Below are positions 1-9,884 of a DNA stretch of 64,000 nucleotides, in pieces. Both the position numbers and the translations under genes were made by a program. This DNA comes from Nitrospirota bacterium (GTDB taxonomy: Bacteria > Nitrospirota > Thermodesulfovibrionia > Thermodesulfovibrionales > Dissulfurispiraceae), in NCBI GenBank assembly GCA_963710375.1, contig CAVPZX010000008.1, positions 128,001 through 192,000 on the forward strand, in the 5' to 3' direction. Numbering within the stretch: the stretch's first letter is position 1; the number at the start of each line of letters is the position of its first letter. The notes beneath the pieces are model-generated. The model searched no databases and was not told where the DNA came from. It was given only the letters and a program-made list of their open reading frames with translations.

Positions 1-1125
1 GTGGTCGGCAACAGGGACTTTCCCATTTTCGAATTTCGTGCCCGTCACAGCCCTTCTACAGAAGCGATCGGGTATGGCAAATCGCTCATGTTTTTCCATA
101 TGCTCAGACAGGAACTTGGAGACAAAATCTTTGTGGCGGGATTGCAGGAGATATACCGTGCATACAAATTCAGGTTTGCCTCTTTTGACGACCTAAGAAA
201 GACCTTTGAAAAGGTTTCAGGTAAAGACCTCAAATGGATGTTCGATGAATGGATACTGCGCACCGGCGCACCGAAATTGAAGCTGCGCAATGTAAACGCC
301 CATCCGGAAAAAAACGGCTACGTGCTCACGGCAATTATTGAACAGGTGCAGCCGGGGAAAACGTATCGCCTGCGCATACCTATTGCTGTTACTATTGAGG
401 AGAAAGAGAAGGCATTCCAGTCGGAGGTATCGATGGACAAGGGGATAATCGAACTCTCGCTCCATCTGCCTGCCCAACCTTTACGTCTGGATATAGATCC
501 TGAATTTGATATTTTCCGAAGGCTCGACCGGGACGAAATGCCTCCTGCACTGTCACAGGCGCTGGGAGAGAAAAAAATGCTCATCCTCCTCCCCGCTTCT
601 GCAAACAGCGGGCTGCTGCGGGCTTACCGGGAATTTGCGGGTTCTTTTATCAATGAGGGGCCCGAGATGGTCGAAATAAAGCTCGATACCGAGGTGACTG
701 AGCTTCCATCAGACTGCGCTGTTACAGTTCTGGGGTGGGAGAACCGCTTCCTCAAAGAAGCGATATCTGCTCTTTCAGGATATGGAGTTATTCTCGCTCA
801 GAAATCGGTGCATATCGGAAAGTACGAAATACAAAAAGAAAAGAATTCGATAGTGCTCACTTCCAGAAACCCAAAAAACAAGGATATGGCGCTCACAATA
901 ATTTCTACGACTGTCCCCGCAGCACTGCCGGGCCTCGGCATAAAACTCCCGCACTATCATAAATACAGTTATCTCGGATTCGAGGGTGATGAGCCCTCAA
1001 ATATCCTGAAAGGCAGATGGCAAGTCCTCGATTCTCCTATGACTGCACTCATACACGGCAAAAACGGTGCTGTCCGGAAAGTGAAATTGTCTCCACTCTC
1101 ACCGAGGGCCGCTCTGATTAAGTAA
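1..1125 (+). CDS. M1-family aminopeptidase, C-terminal part (5' truncated by window edge)
   Basis: YGKSLMFFHMLRQELGD..F..GL motif typical of the end of the M1 catalytic domain, followed by a beta-sandwich region (LDIDPEFDIFRRL). Confidence 0.75.
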   Translation: MVGNRDFPIFEFRARHSPSTEAIGYGKSLMFFHMLRQELGDKIFVAGLQEIYRAYKFRFASFDDLRKTFEKVSGKDLKWMFDEWILRTGAPKLKLRNVNAHPEKNGYVLTAIIEQVQPGKTYRLRIPIAVTIEEKEKAFQSEVSMDKGIIELSLHLPAQPLRLDIDPEFDIFRRLDRDEMPPALSQALGEKKMLILLPASANSGLLRAYREFAGSFINEGPEMVEIKLDTEVTELPSDCAVTVLGWENRFLKEAISALSGYGVILAQKSVHIGKYEIQKEKNSIVLTSRNPKNKDMALTIISTTVPAALPGLGIKLPHYHKYSYLGFEGDEPSNILKGRWQVLDSPMTALIHGKNGAVRKVKLSPLSPRAALIK

Positions 1126-1180
1126 ATAAAGGGGACGGTTCTCTTTGATGAATATTAAAAAGAACCGTCCCCTTTATTTA
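1123..1180. terminator. Perfect 20-bp inverted repeat, probable bidirectional terminator / REP-like hairpin
   Basis: TAAATAAAGGGGACGGTTCT...AGAACCGTCCCCTTTATTTA between convergent genes. Confidence 0.7.
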
Positions 1181-1190
1181 TGAGACGTTG

Positions 1191-1274
1191 CTACTTCTTT
1201 TTAGCTGCGGTTTTCTTGGTAGCCTTTTTTTTGGTGCTGCAGGTCTTGCTTGTGCTGCCAGGTTTGCACGCCAT
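1191..1274 (-). CDS. 27-aa Lys-rich microprotein MACKPGSTSKTCSTKKKATKKTAAKKK
   Basis: ATG preceded by AAGGAGGAAGCT Shine-Dalgarno; upstream sigma28-type promoter; downstream terminator. Confidence 0.6.
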   Translation of the reverse strand: MACKPGSTSKTCSTKKKATKKTAAKKK

Positions 1275-1377
1275 AGCTTCCTCCTTTAACTTTCTGCCGC
1301 GCAATAACAGGACCAACGGTCCCTCACGCCCCTGCCGAACTTGCAAAACCGGACACATGGCATTGGGCACAATTCCT

Positions 1378-1404
1378 TTATCGGCGAACAACAGAAAAAA
1401 TTAA
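1378..1404 (-). promoter_or_regulatory. Sigma28 (FliA)-type promoter
   Basis: TTAA-N15-GCCGATAA on the minus strand. Confidence 0.6.
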
Positions 1405-1417
1405 GGGTCAGCCAGAA

Positions 1418-2635
1418 CTAGGTGCGTGATTTCCTTACCAACCTTTCCCCCACAGCGTCGATGAACTCTTCGGTAAGGGCATATTTCTTTACCGGCGGAT
1501 CAGCGATCAGCATAAGGTCCTTGGTCATAATGCCGCTCTCCACCGTCTCGATGACCGTGCGCTCCAGTTTCATAGCAAAGTCTGACACAACGGGCGTATG
1601 GTCAAGTTCGCCACGTTTTGCCAGGGCACCCGTCCACGCAAAAATGGATGCGACTGAATTTGTCGATGTCGGGTTGCCTTTAAGGTGCTCATAATAATGC
1701 CGGACAACAGTACCATGTGCAGCCTCGAACTCGTATTTCCCGTCAGGAGATACAAGCACCGATGTCATGAGGCCGAGGCTCCCGAAGCCGGTCGCCACCA
1801 TATCGGACATTACATCTCCGTCGTAGTTCATACATGCCCAGAGCATTCCTCCATCGGACTTTACCACCTGGGCAACGGCGTCATCGATGAGAAGATAGCG
1901 GTACTGAATACCTGCCTGCTTAAGTCTGTCGCCGGCCTTTTCAACTTCTTCGCCAAAGATGTCCCTGAAAAAACCGTGATACTGTTTTGATATTGTATCT
2001 TTTGTCCCGAACCAAAGGTCGTATTTTTCGCTGATCGCATAGTTTATGCATGACTGTGCAAAACTCCTGACCGATGGCTCGGTATTGTGCATACCCATAA
2101 CAACGCCGCGCCCTTTGAAATCGTGGATTTTAAGCACGGTCTTCCCCCCGCCTCCTGCCGGCGTAAATACGATTTCAGCAGTGCCTGGCTGCTCAACAAC
2201 TAATTCGGAGTTTTTATAAATGTCCCCATAAGCGTGGCGTCCAATGATGATCGGTTTCTTCCATTTGTGCACGGCAGGCGGAATGTTTGCCATGATAATC
2301 GGCTTTCTGAACACCGTGCCGTCAAGTATGGAACGAATCGTACCGTTAGGGCTTTTCCACTGCTGCTTGAGGCCGTATTCCTTTACACGGGCCGCATTGG
2401 GAGTAATCGTCGCACACTTGACGCCGATGCCGTACTCCTTTATGGCATTGGCAGCTTCAACAGTGACCGCGTCGTCCGTCTCATCCCTGTGTCGAATGCC
2501 GAGGTCATAATACCTAAGGTCAATATCCAAAAAAGGCTTTATCAGTTTCTCCTTTATGAGCTGCCACATTATCCTGGTCATCTCATCCCCGTCCATTTCA
2601 ACAATGGGATTTTTCACTCTGATCTTTTCAGTCAT
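1418..2635 (-). CDS. icd: NADP-dependent isocitrate dehydrogenase (type II)
   Basis: [42 protein letters not shown] motifs; ATG overlaps the pepN stop (TAATG). Confidence 0.95.
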   Translation of the reverse strand: MTEKIRVKNPIVEMDGDEMTRIMWQLIKEKLIKPFLDIDLRYYDLGIRHRDETDDAVTVEAANAIKEYGIGVKCATITPNAARVKEYGLKQQWKSPNGTIRSILDGTVFRKPIIMANIPPAVHKWKKPIIIGRHAYGDIYKNSELVVEQPGTAEIVFTPAGGGGKTVLKIHDFKGRGVVMGMHNTEPSVRSFAQSCINYAISEKYDLWFGTKDTISKQYHGFFRDIFGEEVEKAGDRLKQAGIQYRYLLIDDAVAQVVKSDGGMLWACMNYDGDVMSDMVATGFGSLGLMTSVLVSPDGKYEFEAAHGTVVRHYYEHLKGNPTSTNSVASIFAWTGALAKRGELDHTPVVSDFAMKLERTVIETVESGIMTKDLMLIADPPVKKYALTEEFIDAVGERLVRKSRT

Positions 2636-5319
2636 TATTCCTCCTTCAATCCATCCAGGTAAGCGCTTGCCTGACCATGAACAGACGGACATTCCGTCTT
2701 CGAAACGCTTCGGACAATGCGCTCCAACGCGGCGCGCACTCTTTCCTGCAGCTGCGGCTTCAAAGAGTTTATATGCTGAAAGGTATTAAGCAAACGGCCT
2801 GTCGTTATAGCATTGATTGGGGCAAGCTCTATAACTGTGTCAGCAACCCATCTGATCCCCTGCCCTGTCCAAACCATTTTGTTATTAACGGCCATAGACA
2901 TAAAAAGCGCCCTGCTCCATGTAGGTTGTCTAATATCGAAGCCGGGACGGTTTTTTTCAGCCTCTATCATTTCAAAGACATCCTCCCTTGTTCCGCTCGC
3001 CACAACCCGAAGGTAATTGGCATACCCGCTCAGATGCGAATGCCACTTTGAATATACCTCTTCAAGAAGTGTCCGTCTTTGCGGCGCGGAACTGCGGTTA
3101 AGGGCAAGCAATGCCGCTACCCTGTCAGTAGCAGTAGTGGCAGCCTCGAAGTGATCAAGGATCAGTTTATGACTTTCGGAGGAATCGTCAATAACGATAA
3201 GATCCAGCAGGATATTCTTCAGCATACGGTCCTCTATGCCGTCCTTAGGGGATTGCCGCTTCGAGACCGTGTAGGTGTCCAGTCCAACAAACAATTCCAG
3301 CAGTTCATCTCTGTACAGACGGTTCACTGCAAGCATCATTTTTTCGCGTGCTGCAACCAGCTCCTGATACCACGCAGCATATGCACGGTCCAACGGCTGC
3401 TCGTCTATGCGCAAAAAATACGGCTTCAGCGCAAAAGGGATGCTCCTGTCTGAAAGGATTTCTCCATACAGCGACAGCCAGCCGGGACTGATAGTATCGT
3501 CCGGATTCAACAAAAGTTTGGTCCTTTCATTATCAGTCAATTGCCTCATCGCATCCACGCGGTTATAGGAGTTAGGATCAAGACGCGCCTGCAAAGACGT
3601 TGACCCGGTAGTCGCATTGCTGTGCTGGAAAGTTCCGTAAAATGAATAATCACGGTTCATAGAGGCAAAGGCCGGCGCTTCCGTGATGTTTTCAAAGACC
3701 AGCTCTGCAACAGGCTCTCTGAGTTGAAACACCCTCTCTGTTCCCCCTATGTGCCTCCCGTTTTTGTCCACAAGTGCGAGCACTATCGGCAGATGAAACG
3801 GTGATTGCCCATGTTTCACTTCCTGATGGAAGGTTATCCTGTAAATCCCGGTCAAAGCCTCATATTGTGTTGATGCGGTTACCTTGGGGTAGCCCACAGT
3901 ATATAGCCACTCCTTTTTGAATTGTTCAAGCGAGAGACCCGAAGCCTCTTCAAAACACTCGAAGAACTGGCCGGTTGTCGCATTGCCATTATGATAGCGC
4001 GAGAAATACAGCGTTTTCCCCCTGCGGAAGCTGTCGGCGCCGATAATGAGCCTGAGCATCCTGATGACTTCAGCAGCCTTTACATATGTAACTCCGTCGA
4101 TCAACTCGTCAGGATCATTGAACCCTTCACGGACTATGCGGCCTGCATGGCCGGCATCCTCAATGGCGAGCGGCCCGAGCAGGGGATTTCGAATGCTGTC
4201 CACCTGGAAAAGACGAATAAAAGACGGATCAAAGTTATCCACCATGAACTGACGCTCTACATCAACAGTATACGCTTCATTAAGCCACACATCGAAAGGA
4301 GTATCCATGGTGGTCTCACTTCCGCACTGGTTGTGCTCAAACTCATGGACAATGACAGAGTGGGCGTACAGAAGTCCGATGTCCAGCGTATGTTCATTTA
4401 TAAGCGCTGCATCAGTAACTATAGTGGTATTGCCGACATTCTCCATTCCGCCGAAATTAGATTTGTTCATACAGATCGTACGGTAGGCATCTCCTGTATA
4501 TTCATAATCCTGCGTCTTCCTGATCCAGAGGACCGATGCTTTAAGTATTTCCATTGGAATGCGCACATTGTCAACAGCCCCTGGAGGGACTAGATACTCA
4601 AGCCGGACAGTCCGGCCCGATGGATAAGTCACGGCATCTGCCAGCGTGTCCCATGTTCCTGCGCATACTAAAAACAAATAAGGCGCCATGGGAACAGCAT
4701 TTTCAAACGTGATAACCTGCCTTCCGGGACTGCCCTTCTTAGGCACAGGCTGCCCCTCAGGGTTCAGAAGGCTGCTGACATTACCGTTGCTGATGAGATG
4801 GGTATACGCGCTATCTGCCTCTATTGTAGTAGTCATGGTGCATTTAGCGCGGCAATCATCAAAGATGGGCATTATCCTTTGAAATCCCCATTGCTGGCAT
4901 TGAGATATATACTGCTGCGGCGCGCCCGGAGGCGTAGTGTCCTTGTAAATTCCTTCTAAAACGTGGTCTGAAGGGAAGCAGCGGGTAAACGTCCTTACAA
5001 AGAACCTTTCTCCCTTGTCTACCTTGTGCGGAAGTTTTATTATGAGCCTGTTCTTTTCACGTATATATTCGTAGACAAGAGATATTCCGTTCTCGTCCGC
5101 AGGGCCGGAACAAAATTCGACGGTTAAAATTTCGAGACTGTTGGCATCGAGAGCTATTTCATCAATATCCTGCTCTGCCGTCATTTCAAGACAATTGCGT
5201 GCTTCTACGCTGCCGTCGATAAAATTGATGTACATGGTCAAGTGATGCAGGGTAACCGCAAGCCGGCCAAAATCCTCACGTCTGTATTTATACTGCCGGC
5301 CCTTTTCTATCTCTGGCAT
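2635..5319 (-). CDS. pepN: Aminopeptidase N (M1 family)
   Basis: GGMEN exopeptidase motif, HEFEH-X18-E zinc motif, [11 protein letters not shown]; start placed at MPEIEK. Confidence 0.88.
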   Translation of the reverse strand: MPEIEKGRQYKYRREDFGRLAVTLHHLTMYINFIDGSVEARNCLEMTAEQDIDEIALDANSLEILTVEFCSGPADENGISLVYEYIREKNRLIIKLPHKVDKGERFFVRTFTRCFPSDHVLEGIYKDTTPPGAPQQYISQCQQWGFQRIMPIFDDCRAKCTMTTTIEADSAYTHLISNGNVSSLLNPEGQPVPKKGSPGRQVITFENAVPMAPYLFLVCAGTWDTLADAVTYPSGRTVRLEYLVPPGAVDNVRIPMEILKASVLWIRKTQDYEYTGDAYRTICMNKSNFGGMENVGNTTIVTDAALINEHTLDIGLLYAHSVIVHEFEHNQCGSETTMDTPFDVWLNEAYTVDVERQFMVDNFDPSFIRLFQVDSIRNPLLGPLAIEDAGHAGRIVREGFNDPDELIDGVTYVKAAEVIRMLRLIIGADSFRRGKTLYFSRYHNGNATTGQFFECFEEASGLSLEQFKKEWLYTVGYPKVTASTQYEALTGIYRITFHQEVKHGQSPFHLPIVLALVDKNGRHIGGTERVFQLREPVAELVFENITEAPAFASMNRDYSFYGTFQHSNATTGSTSLQARLDPNSYNRVDAMRQLTDNERTKLLLNPDDTISPGWLSLYGEILSDRSIPFALKPYFLRIDEQPLDRAYAAWYQELVAAREKMMLAVNRLYRDELLELFVGLDTYTVSKRQSPKDGIEDRMLKNILLDLIVIDDSSESHKLILDHFEAATTATDRVAALLALNRSSAPQRRTLLEEVYSKWHSHLSGYANYLRVVASGTREDVFEMIEAEKNRPGFDIRQPTWSRALFMSMAVNNKMVWTGQGIRWVADTVIELAPINAITTGRLLNTFQHINSLKPQLQERVRAALERIVRSVSKTECPSVHGQASAYLDGLKEE

Positions 5320-5343
5320 AACTCTTTTCTCCTTTTTCTGAAG

Positions 5344-5368
5344 GCACAAGTAAATTGTTCGCAGACCC
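5344..5368. repeat. Solo terminal-repeat remnant of MITE family A
   Basis: GCACAAGTAAATTGTTCGCAGACCC followed by TTA resembles the ends of the element at 9332-9511. Confidence 0.5.
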
Positions 5369-5428
5369 TTAATGTTATATTATTTGTGTTCTTCCGAACA
5401 AGTTAGCCCGAACAGATGCCGCACTGCT

Positions 5429-5584
5429 TCATCCTTCTTTTTTCTCTCTCCACAACCCCGGATTGAAGTAGTCTTTAAGCGCTTTACATTTCTTCTGATG
5501 CCTGCATAAACTCCGGCAGGCGATCACATATTTAAAACATTTCTTTACAGAGCAGAAAATTTTATCAGTGTTCTTATCGGGCAA
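5429..5584 (-). CDS. 51-aa Cys-rich small protein (not in ORF track)
   Basis: TTG start after AAGGTG; MPDKNTDKIFCSVKKCFKYVIACRSLCRHQKKCKALKDYFNPGLWREKKEG. Confidence 0.45.
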   Translation of the reverse strand: MPDKNTDKIFCSVKKCFKYVIACRSLCRHQKKCKALKDYFNPGLWREKKEG

Positions 5585-5683
5585 GGCACACCTTATCTAT
5601 TTTTTTTTATATATTATACTTATAATTTAAAAAAAGAGGCCGCATTATGAAGAACGTTTTCTCATTGCGTGGCATATCCATCC

Positions 5684-5839
5684 CGCGATGCGTCGAACAG
5701 GGGATTCTATCCAGTAGTAGTCTCCGACTGCGTCTCCTCCTCGGACAAAGAAGCGCATGAGCGCTCTTTGAAAAATCTCGAAAAGTTGGCAATTGTAAAA
5801 CAAGCCGCTGAGATATTGAAGAGCCTCGGGACTAAATAG
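5684..5839 (+). pseudogene. C-terminal remnant of an isochorismatase/cysteine hydrolase family gene
   Basis: Reads RDASNRGFYPVVVSDCVSSSDKEAHERSLKNLEKLAIVKQAAEIL; in-frame stop a few codons upstream; N-terminal catalytic region absent. Confidence 0.65.
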
Positions 5840-5913
5840 AAAACAGGGACATCGCAGTTTTATATCGCCGGATTTGGATTATAATTAATTATCTTGTATA
5901 CCGGAGGTATGCC

Positions 5914-6483
5914 ATGGAAAAAAGGATTGTGTATTTCGAAAAAGCCGGCAGGGAAAACACGGATGCTTGTCTTCAGATAGTAAAAGATGCCATAAGGGAC
6001 TACAGGTATAAGCACCTTGTGGTTGCTTCAACATCAGGAGACTGCGGGATTTTATTTTCAGAAGCATTAAAAGACAGCGGCATCAATCTCATCGTAGTCA
6101 CCCACTGCGCGGGGTTTAAAGAACCAAATAGCGATGAAATATCCGCAGAGGTAAGACAAAGGATAGCGCTGGCCGGCGCAAAAATACATACCGGCACCAT
6201 GATCACCCATAGTCTTGAAACCGCCTTTGCCTCGAAATTCAACGGACTTTATCCGACACTTATTGTCGCCCAGACACTCAGAAGGTTCGGAGAAGGTGCA
6301 AAAGTAGGCTGCGAGATGGTTATGATGGCGGCTGATGCAGGGCTTGTTCCTGAAGGTGAGGAAATCATTACCGTGGCAGGTACAGGGCGAGGCGCAGATA
6401 CGGTGCTCGTTATAAGATCAGCAGTATCAAAACGTTTTTTTGATCTGAAAGTGCTGGAAGTGCTGGCAAAGCCGAGGGGATAA
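5914..6483 (+). CDS. Pyruvate kinase C-terminal-like domain protein (MTH1675/COG1751 type)
   Basis: YFEKAGRENT, VVASTSG, VVTH..GF, MAADAGL, AGTGRGADT motifs; GGAGG RBS. Confidence 0.85.
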   Translation: MEKRIVYFEKAGRENTDACLQIVKDAIRDYRYKHLVVASTSGDCGILFSEALKDSGINLIVVTHCAGFKEPNSDEISAEVRQRIALAGAKIHTGTMITHSLETAFASKFNGLYPTLIVAQTLRRFGEGAKVGCEMVMMAADAGLVPEGEEIITVAGTGRGADTVLVIRSAVSKRFFDLKVLEVLAKPRG

Positions 6484-6836
6484 GGCCGTGACGCGTTACT
6501 TGGTTATCGCATAGGCGCATAACATGCAAAAGTTAGAACTGCACCTTTCAGGCAGTATACAACTACCTCACTTTCTCACAGCTATACTCCGCACCAGCGG
6601 TTGGCCTAAATATGCCGTGGAGTATAAACGGAAACACTCAGTGGTTAACTCAAACCAGCACGCTATACCGCGAAAGAAATAACCCATGAGTAAAGGAAGG
6701 TACGGGCAAAAAGTGAGAGAGGTTTAATTTCTCAAATGTGTAGACCTGACCCTGAGCCCTTGGTCACGAGCAGCCATTGCGCTCTGCTTCACCAGTTGTC
6801 TTAGAGATCAGTACTCGCAGGCTTTTAAGTCAAACT

Positions 6837-8708
6837 TCAAAGGCGCTGCTCGCCGCTCCAGCCATTGTTGGGGGCCGTTTGCCAGTTATGATAAAGGGCA
6901 TCGTCGGTGCCGATGTAGAACAGTTCCAGTCGGCCGTCCTGGTTCTGGCCGACGGCGATTTGTTTGGCCAAACCACCGAGACTATACTCGCCGCTCCAGC
7001 CATTGTTGGGGGTCGCCTGCCAGTTATTATAAAGCGCATCGTCGGTGCCGATGTAGAACAGTTCCAGTCGGCCGTCCTGGTTCTGGCCGACGGCGATTTG
7101 TTTGGCCAAACCACCGAGACTATACTCGCCGCTCCAGCCATTGTTGGGGGCCGTCTGGCAGTTATGATAAAGTTCGTCATTGGTGCCGATGTAGAACAGT
7201 TCCAGTCGGCCGTCCTGGTTCTGGCCGACAGCGATTTGTTTTGCGAAGCCACCTAAACTATACTGACCGATCCAGTCATTGTTGGGGGCCGTCTGCCAGT
7301 TATGATAAAGGGCATCGTCGGTGCCGACGTAGAACAGTTCCAGTCGGCCGTCTTGGTTTCGGCCAACAACCAGGTCCTTGGCTGCCCCCCCTAACTCAGA
7401 CTCCCCATGCCACCCGTCAGCTGTCTGCCAATTATGGTAGAGTTTATCATTGGTACCGATGTAGAAGATTTCCAATCGTCCATCTTCATTCCGTCCGACC
7501 ACTACTTTCTTTGAGTAGTCGGTAACACCCAACCATTCCTCGCCGTGCCAATCGCCATTCGGATGGACCTGCCAGTTGTGATATAGGCGGTCATCAGTGC
7601 CTACATAAAATAATTCAAGGTGCCCATCCGCATTGACTCCAACAGAAAGCTGCTTGGCGAAATCACAGCGGGCCAGGGGGACGTCGGGTGACCACTCGTC
7701 GTTTGGGGCCACTTGCCATAGATGATAAAGTGCATCGTTGTTGTTGGTGTAAAACACCTCCAGTCGCCCGTCCTCGTTCTGTCCGACAGCCATCTGCTTA
7801 CAGCCAAAGCAGTAAAGCGCGACAGCACCGCCGGGTGAAGCATTACTGACGATCACCGCTTCCTGACTGCAGTCAGTAATTTCATCTAACGCGTTCCAAA
7901 GTAATGGCGCCTGCACGCCACCCTGTAATTGTATTTCAATTGCATTCAAAGGAATTTTGCGAGTCGGATAATCGGATGCCTGATCGATGCAGTAAGCTTC
8001 CAGAGTTTCGACACATTGCCAAAGCTCATCGACACCGGTTATGGAAAGTCGAGTGTCCGGCATACCATCAAATTCACACACGTAGTCGTACTTTGAACCC
8101 GTCTGCCCTGTAAGTGTGATGACACCGGTTAAAATGTCGCCTGTATTAACTTGAACAAGATTCGAATGAAGCGCATCTCCGTCCTTACCGTCTGCGTACC
8201 AGCTCGCCACCTCCCAAGAACTGCCGCCGCCTGCAGGACTGTCGCCCCATTGCAACACCGGCTGCAGAATCATCGGTGAACTCTGTATGCCGTTAAAAAT
8301 ATAAATGAGTGGATGCCAAATCACACCCGATGTCGTAGCCGGCGCTGGTGGAACAGTCCACGTAGTCTTGAATGCGAAGACGGTACTCGTTGGGTCCCAT
8401 CGCGCATCAACAACCCACCCCTGGCCCAAACCCGGTACGTTTCGGACCGGTTTCGACACGTTTGTCGGCATCAATGGCTGGTCGCCAGGACGGACTGCAA
8501 GAGGGCCGAAATCCTTCACAAGCCTACCGTCCGGGGCGAGTTTCTTCAGTCGCCCCCCGGAACCGTCTATTACATGTCCCGGCTCCACAAGATGCACACG
8601 AGACTCGTGCCTCAAGCCGCCCGGCGTCATCACGTGGCCTTTGGGGATAACAAACTTCTCCTTCTGTTGGGGTTGCTTTTTATGAGAGCTTTCTTCACCT
8701 ATTGTCAT
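6837..8708 (-). CDS. Putative glutamic-peptidase-like domain fused to a 7-bladed PLL-like lectin beta-propeller
   Basis: N-half: TTWTVPPAP, ILQPVLQWG, WEVASWY, ETLEAY; C-half: seven N(E/A/Q)DG(R/H)LE(V/L/I)F..GT...LYH.WQ..P...W repeats. Confidence 0.6.
   Translation of the reverse strand: MTIGEESSHKKQPQQKEKFVIPKGHVMTPGGLRHESRVHLVEPGHVIDGSGGRLKKLAPDGRLVKDFGPLAVRPGDQPLMPTNVSKPVRNVPGLGQGWVVDARWDPTSTVFAFKTTWTVPPAPATTSGVIWHPLIYIFNGIQSSPMILQPVLQWGDSPAGGGSSWEVASWYADGKDGDALHSNLVQVNTGDILTGVITLTGQTGSKYDYVCEFDGMPDTRLSITGVDELWQCVETLEAYCIDQASDYPTRKIPLNAIEIQLQGGVQAPLLWNALDEITDCSQEAVIVSNASPGGAVALYCFGCKQMAVGQNEDGRLEVFYTNNNDALYHLWQVAPNDEWSPDVPLARCDFAKQLSVGVNADGHLELFYVGTDDRLYHNWQVHPNGDWHGEEWLGVTDYSKKVVVGRNEDGRLEIFYIGTNDKLYHNWQTADGWHGESELGGAAKDLVVGRNQDGRLELFYVGTDDALYHNWQTAPNNDWIGQYSLGGFAKQIAVGQNQDGRLELFYIGTNDELYHNCQTAPNNGWSGEYSLGGLAKQIAVGQNQDGRLELFYIGTDDALYNNWQATPNNGWSGEYSLGGLAKQIAVGQNQDGRLELFYIGTDDALYHNWQTAPNNGWSGEQRL
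6851..7260. repeat. Near-identical 138-bp tandem repeats coding the last propeller blades
   Basis: CGCCGCTCCAGCCATTGTTGGGGG recurs at 6851, 6989 and 7127. Confidence 0.9.
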
Positions 8709-9014
8709 TTGTTTTCCCCTTTCTTTTCCCTTCATTCTCTTTGCCGGCCATTAAATATCTCTCGTTAGACTGCAGTTCTGCGGCCCAACCATGTAATTAA
8801 CTGGTCTTATAAAAAGTAAATCATAAAAATAGTGCTCCGTCAAGCGAATGTTATGTAACGTAAGTAACAACGTCCCATACTGCCCATATAATGTTTTACC
8901 TATCACTTCTCCCCAAAACAGCAAAGAATCAATGTGTCAACCGGAAATGAACATTTCCCGCGAGATGTCTTATGTGTTTAGAGTCAGGTGAAACTTAGCA
9001 TTCCCCAAAGAATG

Positions 9015-9629
9015 CTAAGGTGTCAGTGTTTCAAGTCCTTCTTCATCTGCGACTTTGCAAAGGCGCCGGTCGGAAGATACAAAGGTGATGTCATCATGCT
9101 TAAGGTTTAATGCAATAGCGAGCTGGATGCTGTCAATTGGCTTCATGTATCTTTTCAGAATAAGATTCTCTGCCTTGATAATGTCTTCCGCGCTCACATC
9201 CAGAATTGTGATGCCGAGGGTGGTAATGTCCTGGTAGAAAAATGCCCTTTGTTGCAGAAACTGTTCTTCGTTGGTAATCTTGTTGACCTCAAAGAGCCGC
9301 CTGAGATTCGATATGATCTCAACTATGCTTTGGGTCTGCGAATAAATAACTTGTGCATTCAGGCGCTCAGATTTGGGTCAGGTTTGGCTGATCCGATTGA
9401 GCAAAGCCGCAGGTGTAGCATGGCTACATTGAGGATTTTGCGACTGAGGAACGGTCAAAGATGACCTGAAGATGAGATGAATCAATGTACAAGTTATTTA
9501 TTCGCAGACCCTTACGGAGGAAATAAAAACCTGCTGATCGGATGTTTGGAGTATCTGGGACACAAGGGCTGTCCCTTTCTCAGGCTGATATCTCTTGAAG
9601 AGAGCACTGGTGTCTATAAAGTAAGTCAT
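9015..9629 (-). pseudogene. vapC: PIN-domain (VapC-like) toxin interrupted by a MITE
   Basis: MTYFIDTSALFKRY..E.G N-terminus; removing 9332-9511 plus the 3-bp duplication restores a 143-aa ORF ending DSIQLAIAL..FVSSDRRL. Confidence 0.85.
9332..9511. mobile_element. MITE family A, copy 1 (180 bp)
   Basis: TIRs GGGTCTGCGAATAAATAACTTGT / ACAAGTTATTTATTCGCAGACCC; inserted at a TAA site in vapC. Confidence 0.85.
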
Positions 9630-9632
9630 CAG

Positions 9633-9806
9633 TTATCGTTTTGCTCTTTCTTCGATAACCCTCTTGGAAAGAGAAACTCCGATACCCGACAGGCTCTGCT
9701 GCATGTCCTTTAAAGTGATGTCCGAATGCCCCAATTTCTTCAAATGACGATGAAGCCTGGAGCTTATATGGGTCTGGCCTGTAGCCTTTGCAAGCGCTTT
9801 TGCCAT
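9633..9806 (-). CDS. 57-aa putative antitoxin (not in ORF track)
   Basis: AGGAGG RBS; MAKALAKATG...GVSLSKRVIEERAKR; ends 3 nt before the PIN gene. Confidence 0.65.
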   Translation of the reverse strand: MAKALAKATGQTHISSRLHRHLKKLGHSDITLKDMQQSLSGIGVSLSKRVIEERAKR

Positions 9807-9884
9807 TGTATTAATACCTCCTTTGTATTGTGTTGTCAGTTTATCAGGGCAAGAACTCTAAGGTCAAGATTCTCTCGCGAGCCC

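Noticed and set aside
5570..5605. CCCGATAA sigma28-like -10 element
   Set aside because: No TAAA at 15-bp spacing, and it lies within the small ORF start
6489..6760. Short ORFs downstream of the PK_C-like gene
   Set aside because: No RBS or motif support; probably remnant sequence at the island edge
6777..7256. Repetitive alternative-frame ORFs (159 aa plus strand, 140 aa minus strand) over the propeller repeats
   Set aside because: Shadows of the 138-bp coding repeat; no RBS or family features
6851..7260. Possible CRISPR array or DGR template/variable repeats
   Set aside because: Repeats are contiguous, in-frame and lack unique spacers; no cas or reverse transcriptase gene in the window
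8783..8856. attC-like GCCCAAC...GTTATGT next to the lectin gene
   Set aside because: Inner boxes are not complementary and no integrase is present; too weak to call
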